This document shows, one piece after another, positions 34,134-43,534 of a stretch of 64,000 nt of DNA. Position 1 is the stretch's first letter. Every line of letters begins with the position of its first letter. Location of the stretch: the IMG/VR virus record IMGVR_UViG_3300025030_000006, one strand, 5' to 3'. Source of the DNA: a virus. The position numbers and the translations under genes are program-made. The notes beneath the pieces are model-generated. The model searched no databases. It was not told the origin of the DNA and saw only the letters and a program-made list of their open reading frames with translations.

Positions 34134-34141
34134 AACAATTC

Positions 34142-34179
34142 GGGGAGTTGCCTCCCTGAAAATAAATAAGTAAGGGAGG
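34142..34179 (+). promoter_or_regulatory. three-segment RNA switch candidate over the SD of gene 34191
   Basis: B (CCTCCCT, 34151-57) can pair with A (GGGGAG, 34142-47) or with C (AGGGAGG, 34173-79, the SD). Confidence 0.4.
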
Positions 34180-34190
34180 CTGATTTAATT

Positions 34191-34982
34191 ATGAGAAAAG
34201 ATGGACTGACAACTTATGAAAGAGTTGAAATTGAAGAAAGAATTGATACTTGGTTTGAAGGAAAAAATGATAATCAAATTGATGGATATGATTTTGATGA
34301 TATTGTAGAAGCAATTATTGGAATAGTTGAAAATACTATTACGGTTGATTTGGTAAATGTGAGAAAATTCACTGATGTAAATAAATTCATTGAAAATAAA
34401 GTACAAAATAAATTAAAAGAAATTGAAAGTAGAATAAGGGAAAAAGAAATAAAAAGTGTAAGGGGAAAATTTAAAAAGAAAGAAAAAGTAAGCCTTGGAA
34501 TTGAAGTAACCAATGCCATATTTAAACAAAAGAGGATTGGGTATAATGACAGATATACACCAACAAAGGCACTAAGTAATGTAATATTTTCTTCTGTAGA
34601 AAAAAATTCTAGAGATGAAATAGTATTCTCCATATTTTGTAACAATAAAAATGAATTTAAAGATGTAAAATATGTAAAGGGAACATTTGCATTTAATGTG
34701 TTGGATGAAAATAAAAAAGAAGAAACACCAAATTATATAGAAAGAATGGTTTATAATTATACAAACAATAATTACAATAGACAGTATAGTTATGAGGGGT
34801 TGCTAAAAGTATTATCTATTGATAATACTGAGGTTTTTATTGAATTTATTGGTAAAAGTTTAAATGGGGATTTTTTAAAATATATGGCTGATAGAAAAGA
34901 ATTTATTTTAAAGAGATTGGAAGAAGAAAAGAAAAAGGAAATGCTGGCTAATAGAAAAATAAATAGGCGATTTCATTTTTAA
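34191..34982 (+). CDS. hypothetical protein with C-terminal RKINRRFHF tag
   Basis: GGGAGG RBS; 263 aa. Confidence 0.65.
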   Translation: MRKDGLTTYERVEIEERIDTWFEGKNDNQIDGYDFDDIVEAIIGIVENTITVDLVNVRKFTDVNKFIENKVQNKLKEIESRIREKEIKSVRGKFKKKEKVSLGIEVTNAIFKQKRIGYNDRYTPTKALSNVIFSSVEKNSRDEIVFSIFCNNKNEFKDVKYVKGTFAFNVLDENKKEETPNYIERMVYNYTNNNYNRQYSYEGLLKVLSIDNTEVFIEFIGKSLNGDFLKYMADRKEFILKRLEEEKKKEMLANRKINRRFHF

Positions 34983-34997
34983 AGAAAGGAGGAAATA

Positions 34998-35489
34998 ATG
35001 AGTTTAAGTGATTCATTTGATATAAAAGAAAAATATGATGAATATAAAATAGAAGTAGACATTGAAACAGCACAAAGGGAATTTTTACCTATAGATATTC
35101 AATTTAACACTGTAAAAACCAAATACAAAATATTTAGTATTGTAGAACCACTTAAATTCAATGTGGTGACTAGAAAATTATTAGGCAATTCTGGAGAAAT
35201 AATTGGACAATCACCAACAACAATTGAAATTGATATAGTTACAAGTGGAACATTCTTTGATTCAAATGATATTAAAAATGAAGTTTGTTTAAGTTTTAAA
35301 AACAAACAATATGGTTTAATTTATGGATATATAAAGGATACAAAGATAAGTCAGAAAGTAGGTAGCAATTACGTTTGTCTTGAATTTAAATTTGTTGGTG
35401 TGCTTGGTACATATTTTATGGATACAAAGAACGAAGAAGAAATTAAGAAAACAATAAGAAAAATAAATAGGCGATTTCATTTTGATTGA
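34998..35489 (+). CDS. hypothetical protein with C-terminal RKINRRFHF tag
   Basis: AAAGGAGG RBS; the last 27 coding nt before the final codon are identical to 34953-34979. Confidence 0.65.
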   Translation: MSLSDSFDIKEKYDEYKIEVDIETAQREFLPIDIQFNTVKTKYKIFSIVEPLKFNVVTRKLLGNSGEIIGQSPTTIEIDIVTSGTFFDSNDIKNEVCLSFKNKQYGLIYGYIKDTKISQKVGSNYVCLEFKFVGVLGTYFMDTKNEEEIKKTIRKINRRFHFD

Positions 35490-35514
35490 CGAGAAAAAAT
35501 CCATTGGCTACAAT
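35486..35514 (+). promoter_or_regulatory. sigma70-like promoter (TTGACG-17-TACAAT)
   Basis: Near-consensus boxes overlapping the stop of the upstream gene. Confidence 0.55.
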
Positions 35515-35543
35515 GGAACTTCTTGATTGAAAGGGCACAATTT

Positions 35544-35714
35544 ATGAAGAATAAAAAATTTATAGCCCACGTTGAATTTGATTCTCTTGTGATCTATGTT
35601 TCTGCAAAAAACATGGCTGAAGCCAAGAAAAAGATTATTGGAAAGGTAAGTAAAAGAAGTATTAAAAAACTTATAGATAAACACAATTTTTTCATTGATG
35701 AATGTTCATTTTAA
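35544..35714 (+). CDS. hypothetical basic protein
   Basis: GAAAGGG RBS before ATG 35544 (track start 35523 is a TTG). Confidence 0.5.
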   Translation: MKNKKFIAHVEFDSLVIYVSAKNMAEAKKKIIGKVSKRSIKKLIDKHNFFIDECSF

Positions 35715-35767
35715 AATTTTAGAACTATTAAAAACTACTAAACAACAAATAAAGAGAGGAGGAAGTA

Positions 35768-36715
35768 ATGAATGAGAAAACGGGTAAAATTAAAAGGCTA
35801 AAATTGAGAGGAAAAGAAAGACCAAAAATCGCAACGGGTAAATCGAATGAGATTAATATCTTTAACCTTGGAACCCTTCTTCAGTTTGAATCCCATTGTT
35901 GGCAAGCGGTAAAAAGAATTCCCAAAGATAAAGCTAAAAAATATGGTAAGGATTTTGAAAAGGGTTGGATGAAAGCCAATAAAAACCTGATTAATAGGAA
36001 AAAATTGGAAGACATTCAATCTTATATTTCTGAATCCAGAAAAATGATTAATTCCTATGCCCTTCCTTTTCCAATCAAAGGTATTTACTTTATTCCCAAT
36101 AATGCTGTTGAAAAAATCAATAGTGGTCTGAGAACCATTGCTGATGAAATGGGAGTCAGAGTAGAAGAATTTTCCCAACAATACTCTGAATACATTTTGG
36201 AAGCTAAGGAAGAATTGGGGGAGGAATCTTTCAATGAAGCAGATTATCCAATTAATATTAAATCTAGGTTTGGTATTTATTGGAGATTCTTTGAAATGAC
36301 TGTTCCCTCTTCCATCACCAATGAAATCAAAGAAGAAGAAACAAAACGGTTTAATGATTTGATGCAACAGGCTAAGACGGAAGCTGTTATTGCATTGCGG
36401 GAAGGGTTTGCAGAAATCGTAAATCATTTGACTGATACTCTTTCGGGAAAGATTGATGGAGAAGAAAGGAGAATTAGGGCAACATCCCTTGAAAAAGTAT
36501 CTGAATTTTTCAATGAGTTCCAATCTAAAAACGTATTTAAAGATAGTGAATTAGAATTGTTGATTAAGAAAGCGAAAGAGGTAGTCAGGGGTGTTTCTCC
36601 CAAAGATTTGAGAGATGATAATTCTTTGGTTAAATTGATTCATAATCAATTGGGGGAAATCAAAGAACAGTTGGATAATTCCACGGAAACCATTCGTAGA
36701 CGTTTCACTTTTTAA
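35768..36715 (+). CDS. hypothetical protein with N-terminal KIKRLKLRGK and C-terminal IRRRFTF
   Basis: GAGGAGG RBS; 315 aa; family not recognised. Confidence 0.65.
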   Translation: MNEKTGKIKRLKLRGKERPKIATGKSNEINIFNLGTLLQFESHCWQAVKRIPKDKAKKYGKDFEKGWMKANKNLINRKKLEDIQSYISESRKMINSYALPFPIKGIYFIPNNAVEKINSGLRTIADEMGVRVEEFSQQYSEYILEAKEELGEESFNEADYPINIKSRFGIYWRFFEMTVPSSITNEIKEEETKRFNDLMQQAKTEAVIALREGFAEIVNHLTDTLSGKIDGEERRIRATSLEKVSEFFNEFQSKNVFKDSELELLIKKAKEVVRGVSPKDLRDDNSLVKLIHNQLGEIKEQLDNSTETIRRRFTF

Positions 36716-36732
36716 ATGGGAGGATAAAGAAA

Positions 36733-36933
36733 ATGACAAAGAATCAAAAACATGCTTTGAAAATTGCCCTTGACTGTAACTTTGGTTTTAGTCAAGAGAG
36801 AACATTAAAACACTTTGATTCCTTTTGTTCTATAGCAGATGAAAGGGGAATTAACTTAGAACATACTGATGATTGGGAAAATAATTGGATTGATTTTATG
36901 CTCGGTGCCTATTTTGAAGCCAAGGAAGGATAA
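36733..36933 (+). CDS. hypothetical protein
   Basis: GGGAGGA RBS. Confidence 0.6.
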   Translation: MTKNQKHALKIALDCNFGFSQERTLKHFDSFCSIADERGINLEHTDDWENNWIDFMLGAYFEAKEG

Positions 36934-36934
36934 T

Positions 36935-37165
36935 ATGGATTACATTGAAATATTTAAAAACTATACTCTCTGTGTTTATTTGTTTTTTACAATTTGTTTT
37001 TGGGTATATCTTATTCATTTCTGTATTCAGAAATTTAAACAACAAAAACAAAGTATTTTTGTAACAATTGTTTTCTTTGTTTTGTCAGTTATTACAACTC
37101 CTTTCATTTGGCCTTATATTTCTGCTCGTTTCCTTATTAAGTACATGACAAAGGAAACAAAATGA
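36935..37165 (+). CDS. small membrane protein (2 TM)
   Basis: AAGGAAGGA RBS before ATG 36935. Confidence 0.5.
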   Translation: MDYIEIFKNYTLCVYLFFTICFWVYLIHFCIQKFKQQKQSIFVTIVFFVLSVITTPFIWPYISARFLIKYMTKETK

Positions 37166-37677
37166 AAAAACTATCCTTGAAATCAAAAGAAAATTCAGAG
37201 GAAGAAAGGAGTAATAAATCAGAAAGTGATTTAGAATTCATTATTAATAATCTGCAAATAGATAAATTCAAACTGGATGATGCTGCTGTTAAACAAATTG
37301 AATTATTTAACAAAATATCCAAAATTCTGCCAAAAGCAAGAGAGGCAGCATTAAGGGCAAAAAATAGGTTAGAAATCATTGAATCAGAATTATCAAAAGA
37401 AATGAGAAAAAATCCAAAATTGTACGGTTTGGATAAAACAAGTGATACCGTAATCACAAAGGAGGTAAAGAATCAAGATACATATAAACGGGCATTTTCA
37501 GCTTATTGTTTTGCAAAAGCAAAAGAAGATGAGTTTTCTATTACATTAAACAATATTCAAGAAAGGGGAAGAATGATAAAACTGCTTTATGATATGTGGG
37601 TTAATAGTTACTATGTTGATAATCACCAATTTGTAACAAAGAAAAAGCACCCATTAAAAACAACAGAGGATTACTAA
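37162..37677 (+). CDS. coiled-coil protein, possible UvsY-like recombination mediator
   Basis: Call rests on size, helical character and position next to the gp32-like SSB and RecA genes. Confidence 0.3.
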   Translation: MKKLSLKSKENSEEERSNKSESDLEFIINNLQIDKFKLDDAAVKQIELFNKISKILPKAREAALRAKNRLEIIESELSKEMRKNPKLYGLDKTSDTVITKEVKNQDTYKRAFSAYCFAKAKEDEFSITLNNIQERGRMIKLLYDMWVNSYYVDNHQFVTKKKHPLKTTEDY

Positions 37678-37693
37678 CAGGAGGAACAAACAA

Positions 37694-38830
37694 ATGGCTT
37701 TGAAAAAGAAATTGGGAAAAGGTAAATCGTCTGATTCTGATATCCGCGGAAAATTCAAAAAGAGGGATAAAACTATTCTTGAAAAAACGTACAATGAAAG
37801 GGAGGATAGAAGTAAAGCAGGTGGTGGTGGAAAATCTTATTTCAATCAGGAAAAATTGGAAGAATTCAATATCAAAGAATATCAACCTCACAAGGGGGAT
37901 AATTACTTTGAAATTCTCCCGGTTTCTTATGAATCGGATATTCCCTATCATTTTGGTTGTTCCGTCCATTTTGGTACAGGCATTGCCAATGATATTTTTC
38001 TTTGTTTGCTTCGGTATAATGGAAAACCCTGCTATCGTTGTGAACAACAGCAATTGAAATACAGGGAACACCCTAAAGGTGCTAAACCTACGGATGAAAT
38101 CAAAAAACTTTATCCCACAGACAGGGAAATTTATCTGCTTTGGGATAGAACAGAAGAATTGGCAGAAAATAAAGACCCCGAATATCAATTGTATCTTTGG
38201 GGTGCTCCGAAAACAAAAGTACATGCTGAAATCCAGATTCTTGTCAGGGATAAGAAAAAGAAAACCACTCTTGATATTTCTGACGTTGATGAAGATGGAG
38301 AAGGCAGAACGGTTAATTTTGAAAAGATTCAGAAAAATAAAGATGATTTTCCCGAATATAAAGGATTTTCACTTTTGGGAAGGGATGAACCTATCCCTGA
38401 TGAAGTTCTTTCCCAATTGAAAGAAATCATTGAAGCAGCAGAAGAATGCAATTATAAACATCCTCTGGAAATGTTTTTGCATATTCCTGAATATAAAGAA
38501 GTCAAGGAATCCATGCTGACTGAAGGGGGTGGTGAAAGTGATGAAGAGGAAGAAGAAGACAAACCAAAGGATAAAAAGAAAAAGTTTGGAAAGGATAAAG
38601 ATAAAAAGAAAGATGAAGAGGAAGAAATTGATGAGGATGCCCTTCTTGAAAAACTTGAGGGGCTTAAAGAAAAACTTGGGGATATGAATAGATTTAAGTT
38701 TAAAAAATGGTGCGAAGAAAATGATTATGAAGATGCGGCTGAAATGGATAAAGAAGAAGCCATTGAAGCCATTGTTGATGACTTATACTCAAAAATGCTG
38801 GACAAAACAATTGGGGCAATTCCATTTTAG
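37694..38830 (+). CDS. gp32-like single-stranded DNA-binding protein
   Basis: AGGAGGA RBS; YFEILP (cf. iRfLP), zinc motif H...C-x8-C-x2-C (CLLRYNGKPCYRC), long acidic C-terminal tract. Confidence 0.55.
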   Translation: MALKKKLGKGKSSDSDIRGKFKKRDKTILEKTYNEREDRSKAGGGGKSYFNQEKLEEFNIKEYQPHKGDNYFEILPVSYESDIPYHFGCSVHFGTGIANDIFLCLLRYNGKPCYRCEQQQLKYREHPKGAKPTDEIKKLYPTDREIYLLWDRTEELAENKDPEYQLYLWGAPKTKVHAEIQILVRDKKKKTTLDISDVDEDGEGRTVNFEKIQKNKDDFPEYKGFSLLGRDEPIPDEVLSQLKEIIEAAEECNYKHPLEMFLHIPEYKEVKESMLTEGGGESDEEEEEDKPKDKKKKFGKDKDKKKDEEEEIDEDALLEKLEGLKEKLGDMNRFKFKKWCEENDYEDAAEMDKEEAIEAIVDDLYSKMLDKTIGAIPF

Positions 38831-38840
38831 TATTTAAATG

Positions 38841-39026
38841 AATTCATAGTGGGTAAGAAAAGTAAAACGGAGAATGGAAAAAGGTTTGTCAGTTGCCGTC
38901 ATTGAGGGCTGAGAAATGAATATACCTTGGCTAGCCAGCAAAAGAGGACACTGTTTATTTCTTGGAGCGACCTGATTCGGTTTCGATGAAGCAAATCTTT
39001 AATACCTCACCGGCCCACTATGAATT
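38841..39026 (+). ncRNA. structured intergenic RNA candidate (about 186 nt), family unknown
   Basis: 13-bp closing helix AATTCATAGTGGG/CCCACTATGAATT, second helix 38880-88/38992-39000, GC visibly above surroundings, no RBS-led ORF. Confidence 0.4.
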
Positions 39027-39048
39027 TTTAAAAAGAAAGGAATAAATA

Positions 39049-39567
39049 ATGAAAGAAACAAAAAATTTAGTAGCAATTGAATCATTATTAATGGGGTTAT
39101 ATTTACACATAGAAATTCTTATTCTAGGACATAAATTAAATAAAGATGCAAAACAATTACTTGATAATTTTTGTGATTCATTTAATAAAAATGAAGAAAA
39201 TGGTTTGGGTGCTTTTTGGCATAGTCGAAACCAAATGTATAAACTGATTTATTTTGATTCCCCAAACTTAATAAAAGAAATAGAAAAAAATCCAACATTC
39301 TCTGCATCAGATTTGGATAAAGAATTAATAAATTTTATACAATCTTATAGGGAATTTAAAGAAACAGATGACTCCATTTTTGATGGTGATGTTAAAAATT
39401 ATCCCCATGGTGTAATTGAACGTGAGATTAAAAAATTACTGCCAGATGCAGCAAATAAATTAAGAACAATTTTAAATGAAATAGAACACGCAAGGAAGAA
39501 ATTAAGGGAAATTGAAGATGATATTTATTGGAAGAAAGTATCATTGGGTTTAATTGAAAAGGAGTAA
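39049..39567 (+). CDS. hypothetical protein
   Basis: AAAGGAA RBS. Confidence 0.65.
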   Translation: MKETKNLVAIESLLMGLYLHIEILILGHKLNKDAKQLLDNFCDSFNKNEENGLGAFWHSRNQMYKLIYFDSPNLIKEIEKNPTFSASDLDKELINFIQSYREFKETDDSIFDGDVKNYPHGVIEREIKKLLPDAANKLRTILNEIEHARKKLREIEDDIYWKKVSLGLIEKE

Positions 39568-39570
39568 ATA

Positions 39571-40074
39571 ATGAAATACCTTATTATATTTATTCTGTGC
39601 TTTTGTTTTATTCTTTATTGTGGACATAAAATTGCAGAGTATAAAGTAAATGAGGTAACAAAATTATTTGAAGAAAAAATCAATTATATAAAAGAACAAA
39701 AAGATAAAAAATCAGAATTGTTAAAAAAAGTATTTGGTGAAAGAATAGGAAATAAACCCATATTATCATTGCAGGTTACGGCAACAGGTTATACAGCAAG
39801 AAAGGAAGAATGTGATGATAACCCCGAAACAACAGCAAACGGCACTCCTTCAAGAGTAGGCGTAATTGCTATTTCAAGAGATTTGGAAAAGGAAATAGGT
39901 TTATCCCTTGGTCAATTTGTTTTAATTGAGGGATATGGATTATTTAAAATAGAAGATAGAATGAATTCAAGATGGAAAAGACGAATTGATATATTACATG
40001 GAAATTTAAAAGCAGCACAATTATTTGGAACCAGAAAAGTTGAAATCATTTGGATAGGAAAAGGAGAAGCATAA
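39571..40074 (+). CDS. 3D-domain (MltA/RlpA-like barrel) cell-wall-binding or lytic protein with N-terminal TM
   Basis: AAGGAG RBS; LQVTATGYTARKEECDDNPETTANGT...IAISRDL...GLFKIEDRM. Confidence 0.6.
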   Translation: MKYLIIFILCFCFILYCGHKIAEYKVNEVTKLFEEKINYIKEQKDKKSELLKKVFGERIGNKPILSLQVTATGYTARKEECDDNPETTANGTPSRVGVIAISRDLEKEIGLSLGQFVLIEGYGLFKIEDRMNSRWKRRIDILHGNLKAAQLFGTRKVEIIWIGKGEA

Positions 40075-41208
40075 ATGAGCCGTCTTAAATTGAGTAATAA
40101 ACATATTGAAGAAGAAAAACCAAAAAAGAAAATATCTCTGAAAAAAGCATTGACAGAAGAACCAGAAGAAAAAAAGGAAAATGAAAGAATTGATTTTCTT
40201 AATACTGGTTCCATTGTTTTAAATCTTGCTGCTTCTCAAAAAGGAAGAAGGGGAGGATGGGCAAGGGGTAGGGTTATTAATATAGTCGGAAATGAGTCAA
40301 GTGGCAAGTCGCTTTGTAATTTAGAAATGTTAGCAAATGCTTTTCATACATTTAAAAAAGAAAATAACCTTCCTTCTTATGTTTTCCCAAAGGTTAAGAA
40401 TCTGATTATGGTTTATAATAATGTAGAAGGGATTATGGATTTTCCCTTGGAGTCCCTTTATGGTGAAGATTTTGTAAAAGCAATTGAATGGGTTTCTTCT
40501 AAAACCTGTGAAGAATTTGGTAGAGATGTTCAAAGAAGAGTTGATGCTTTAAAACAGGGTGATTGTCTTTTATACGTTGTTGATTCTTTGGATGCAATGG
40601 TTTCTTCAGCACAAAAGGAAAGAACAGAAAAAGCATTGAAGACAGACAAGGATGAAGATGCCGCTTATGGTGCTGAAAAAGCCAAATATTTTTCTGGTGC
40701 ATTTTTCAATAACCTTTGTGAAAAACAACAGGGGAAAGATGCTACCATTTTTATGATTTCTCAATTGAGAGAAAATATTGGTGGTGGAATGTTTGCAGAA
40801 AAATATAAAAGAACAGGTGGAAAAGCATTGGATTTTTATTCTCACCAAGTTTGTTGGTTGCGGGTAAAAGATAAATTGAAAAAAACATTTAGAGGGCATG
40901 ATAAAATCTTTGGTGTTCGTGACCATGCACTTTTCAAAAAGAATAAATGTGCAAAACCCTTCAGGGAAGCAGAATTTACTATTCTATTTGATTACGGTTT
41001 GGATAATATCGGTTCCATGACAGATTATTTGTTTGGGCCACAAGTTAAAGTTATTGAATGGAATGATGAGAAGTATAAACGGGATGAATTTATTGATTTG
41101 ATTGAAAACAATAAAAAAGAATATGAAAAATTGGTGGATAAGATAGAAAAAGATTGGGCTGAAATTGAGGACGCAATTAAACCAGATAGAAAAAACAGGT
41201 GGGAATAA
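40075..41208 (+). CDS. recA: RecA/UvsX-family recombinase
   Basis: Walker A GNESSGKS, Walker B LLYVVDSLDAM, ISQLRENIGGGMFAEKYKRTGGKALDFYS (cf. NQiR.kiG..fG....ttGG.AlkFYa). Confidence 0.8.
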   Translation: MSRLKLSNKHIEEEKPKKKISLKKALTEEPEEKKENERIDFLNTGSIVLNLAASQKGRRGGWARGRVINIVGNESSGKSLCNLEMLANAFHTFKKENNLPSYVFPKVKNLIMVYNNVEGIMDFPLESLYGEDFVKAIEWVSSKTCEEFGRDVQRRVDALKQGDCLLYVVDSLDAMVSSAQKERTEKALKTDKDEDAAYGAEKAKYFSGAFFNNLCEKQQGKDATIFMISQLRENIGGGMFAEKYKRTGGKALDFYSHQVCWLRVKDKLKKTFRGHDKIFGVRDHALFKKNKCAKPFREAEFTILFDYGLDNIGSMTDYLFGPQVKVIEWNDEKYKRDEFIDLIENNKKEYEKLVDKIEKDWAEIEDAIKPDRKNRWE

Positions 41209-41444
41209 TGTCTAAGAAAAATTATCTTTCCAAATCCCAAATTGCAATTATTGGCAAACTTAAAATGGGCTGGTATCTTCAATGTGATTTGGTTACTCTT
41301 ATGTGGCAAATCAAGAATGAAGAATTAAGTGAAGCGGAAAGAATAAATAAAAATTCAATAAATAAGTTGTTTCTGAATAATATGCTTAAAAAACTTCCTT
41401 CGGATGATAGAAGCCTATATAACCTTTATATTTTAAAAGAATGA
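41208..41444 (+). CDS. hypothetical protein
   Basis: TAATG overlap with recA stop. Confidence 0.5.
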   Translation: MSKKNYLSKSQIAIIGKLKMGWYLQCDLVTLMWQIKNEELSEAERINKNSINKLFLNNMLKKLPSDDRSLYNLYILKE

Positions 41445-41457
41445 AAGAGGGGGTGAT

Positions 41458-41763
41458 ATGGAGACAATAAAACAAACAATCATAATCATTCTTATTTATG
41501 CCTTTTTTGCTTTTCTTCTAATTCACGTTCCTTCTTCTCATGCTAAGGATGCTGTGATTCATACTTATGATGATTCTTATTTCTTTTTGGATTACAGTAA
41601 ACAAGAAATTATTGTCTTACCTAATGATGAAATAATTAATACTGAAGACTTGGATAATTTAAAAGAAAATGATGAACCATTAAGAACAAACGAGGGAATT
41701 GAAATTTACAGAGGATATGATAATCAATATTTCATGGAAGAGGAAAACCATGATGAAGATTAA
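41458..41763 (+). CDS. secreted or membrane-anchored acidic protein
   Basis: GAGGGGG RBS; signal-like IIIILIYAFFAFLLIHVPSSHA. Confidence 0.6.
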   Translation: METIKQTIIIILIYAFFAFLLIHVPSSHAKDAVIHTYDDSYFFLDYSKQEIIVLPNDEIINTEDLDNLKENDEPLRTNEGIEIYRGYDNQYFMEEENHDED

Positions 41764-42082
41764 ATTGAAGGAATCAAAATATGGAAATTATCAATTTTGT
41801 AAAAGAGATGATTTAATAAATTTATGGATTAACCAATATTATAAAGATAAAGTCGTAGTTGTTCTTTATGACTCTTACAAAGCATTTGAATCCATTCCTT
41901 TTCTGAATATTCTGAAAAGGGATAGGTTGCCTGTCTACCTTGAAGGTATCCAATCAGAGTATACTTTTGTTGAATTTGAAACACCAGAAAAAGCCTGTGA
42001 TTTTGTATTTGGATTTGAATATAAAACTGAATTAAAATGGGTTATTTATAATAATGGAAAACTTCACATGAGGTCAAAATGA
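41750..42082 (+). CDS. hypothetical protein (MMKIKLKE...)
   Basis: GAGGAA RBS before ATG 41750. Confidence 0.55.
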   Translation: MMKIKLKESKYGNYQFCKRDDLINLWINQYYKDKVVVVLYDSYKAFESIPFLNILKRDRLPVYLEGIQSEYTFVEFETPEKACDFVFGFEYKTELKWVIYNNGKLHMRSK

Positions 42083-42618
42083 ATGTCCATACTTTGGTAT
42101 CTCCACAAAATGTTTCTTTTCTTATTGAGCAAGCTAGAAAAACCCCTACAGGTATTTTTGTGGAGGTTGGGGTTTATAAGGGTGGCACAGCATATTACTT
42201 GAATCAATTGGCTAAAGAAAGAGGAAATGAATTATGGTTGTTTGATACATTTGAAGGAATGCCAGAAAGTACACCGGGAATTGATTCTCACTTGGTTGGT
42301 GATTTTGCTGATTGTTCTTATGAAGTGGTTAAAAAATTAATTCCTGAAGCAAGAATATTTGCGGGTGTATTCCCCAAAACATTCTTTGATTTCACTTTTA
42401 AATATGGAATGAATCCAATTGCCTTTGCACATATTGATTGTGACCAGTATGAAAGTATTAAGAATTGCATAAGATATCTTATACCATTTCTGGTTACTGA
42501 TGGAATTATGTACTTTGATGATTATGGTTGTTTGGAAGGGACAACAAAAGCAATTGATAAATTTTGTCCTGATAGAATCATATTGGAAAATGGAAAAGCC
42601 ATGTATGTAAAAATTTAA
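42079..42618 (+). CDS. TylF/MycF-type class I SAM-dependent methyltransferase
   Basis: VEVGVYKGGTAYYL, DTFEGMPE, HIDCDQYES, GIMYFDDY. Confidence 0.65.
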   Translation: MNVHTLVSPQNVSFLIEQARKTPTGIFVEVGVYKGGTAYYLNQLAKERGNELWLFDTFEGMPESTPGIDSHLVGDFADCSYEVVKKLIPEARIFAGVFPKTFFDFTFKYGMNPIAFAHIDCDQYESIKNCIRYLIPFLVTDGIMYFDDYGCLEGTTKAIDKFCPDRIILENGKAMYVKI

Positions 42619-42631
42619 TGGAGTAATTAAA

Positions 42632-43321
42632 ATGGCAAAAGGCGGTTTATTTGAAGGTGAAGTCAGTAAGAAATTATCATTGTGGTGGACGGAAGATAAA
42701 GAAGAATCTGTTTTTTGGCGTACATCTTCTTCAGGAGCAAGGGCAACATCAAGAAGGAAAACAAATAAAGATGTTCAAAAGGATGATTTTGGAGATTTAA
42801 AAGCAGAAGCAGATATAGGAAAGCCATTTACCAATTTCTTTTCACTTGAATTAAAAACAGGTTATGCTAAAAAATCCAAATCAAAAGCAAAAAAGCATGA
42901 AGGAAAAGAAGTTTTAAAAATTGTCAATTGGGATATTCTTGACCTTATTGATTCTTCACAGAGTAAATGCCAATTTGCTTCCTTTTGGGAGCAAGCGGAA
43001 AAAGACTCTCAAGAAGCAAAAAAGGAACCATTACTTATTTTTAGAAGGAATAACAAGCAATCAAGTATTGCAATGTATTCTGATATATTCAATGCCATTA
43101 TTAGAAAATGTAATCATCCAGAATTTGAATATATTACAATAAATTTCTGTTCTGAACATTTGTGTTTTCCTCCAATTACTATTTGTAATCTTTACAAGTT
43201 CTTTGAGTGGACTAAAGGAAAAATAAAACCGTCATTAGGTGATGGTGGAAATTATAAATGCAACTTTATTGATTTTAATTTAAAACGGGTTTTATTTAAC
43301 AGGAACAGAGGAAAGGAATAA
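42632..43321 (+). CDS. PD-(D/E)XK nuclease, Hjc-like Holliday-junction resolvase candidate
   Basis: KGGLFEGEV..., WRTSSSG, DFGDLKAE, SLELKTG matches the G..fE...R...S.G...D....E.K layout. Confidence 0.35.
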   Translation: MAKGGLFEGEVSKKLSLWWTEDKEESVFWRTSSSGARATSRRKTNKDVQKDDFGDLKAEADIGKPFTNFFSLELKTGYAKKSKSKAKKHEGKEVLKIVNWDILDLIDSSQSKCQFASFWEQAEKDSQEAKKEPLLIFRRNNKQSSIAMYSDIFNAIIRKCNHPEFEYITINFCSEHLCFPPITICNLYKFFEWTKGKIKPSLGDGGNYKCNFIDFNLKRVLFNRNRGKE

Positions 43322-43324
43322 AAT

Positions 43325-43519
43325 ATGGATAATGATAGAGAAGAAATAATTTTAATAAAATCACCAACAGAACAAAGAATTTTTACAGTTTCTAAAAAAT
43401 GTAACATTTTGATTCTTCCAACACCAGTATTAACAGAAGAAGACAGTTTTGGTTGTTTTGGTAGTATTCAATATACTAGAACCAATTTAAAGATTGATGG
43501 AAGAACAGTATTTAAATAA
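43325..43519 (+). CDS. hypothetical protein
   Basis: AAAGGAA RBS. Confidence 0.55.
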   Translation: MDNDREEIILIKSPTEQRIFTVSKKCNILILPTPVLTEEDSFGCFGSIQYTRTNLKIDGRTVFK

Positions 43520-43534
43520 TGAAAGGAGTGATAT

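Noticed and set aside
35798-38224. Antisense ORFs 35798..36523(-), 37137..37457(-) and 37601..38224(-)
   Set aside because: They lie opposite well-supported plus-strand genes, have low-complexity products and no RBS.
38895-38995. TPP (THI-box) riboswitch, suggested by GGCTGAGAAAT and GACCTGATTCGG
   Set aside because: Only these two short strings resemble the THI box. The expected P3 and P4-P5 pairings and the short J2-4 spacing cannot be drawn, there is an extra insert of about 40 nt, and the downstream gene has no link to thiamine.
38841-39026. Retron msr/msd (terminal inverted repeats)
   Set aside because: No reverse transcriptase gene lies nearby or anywhere in the window.
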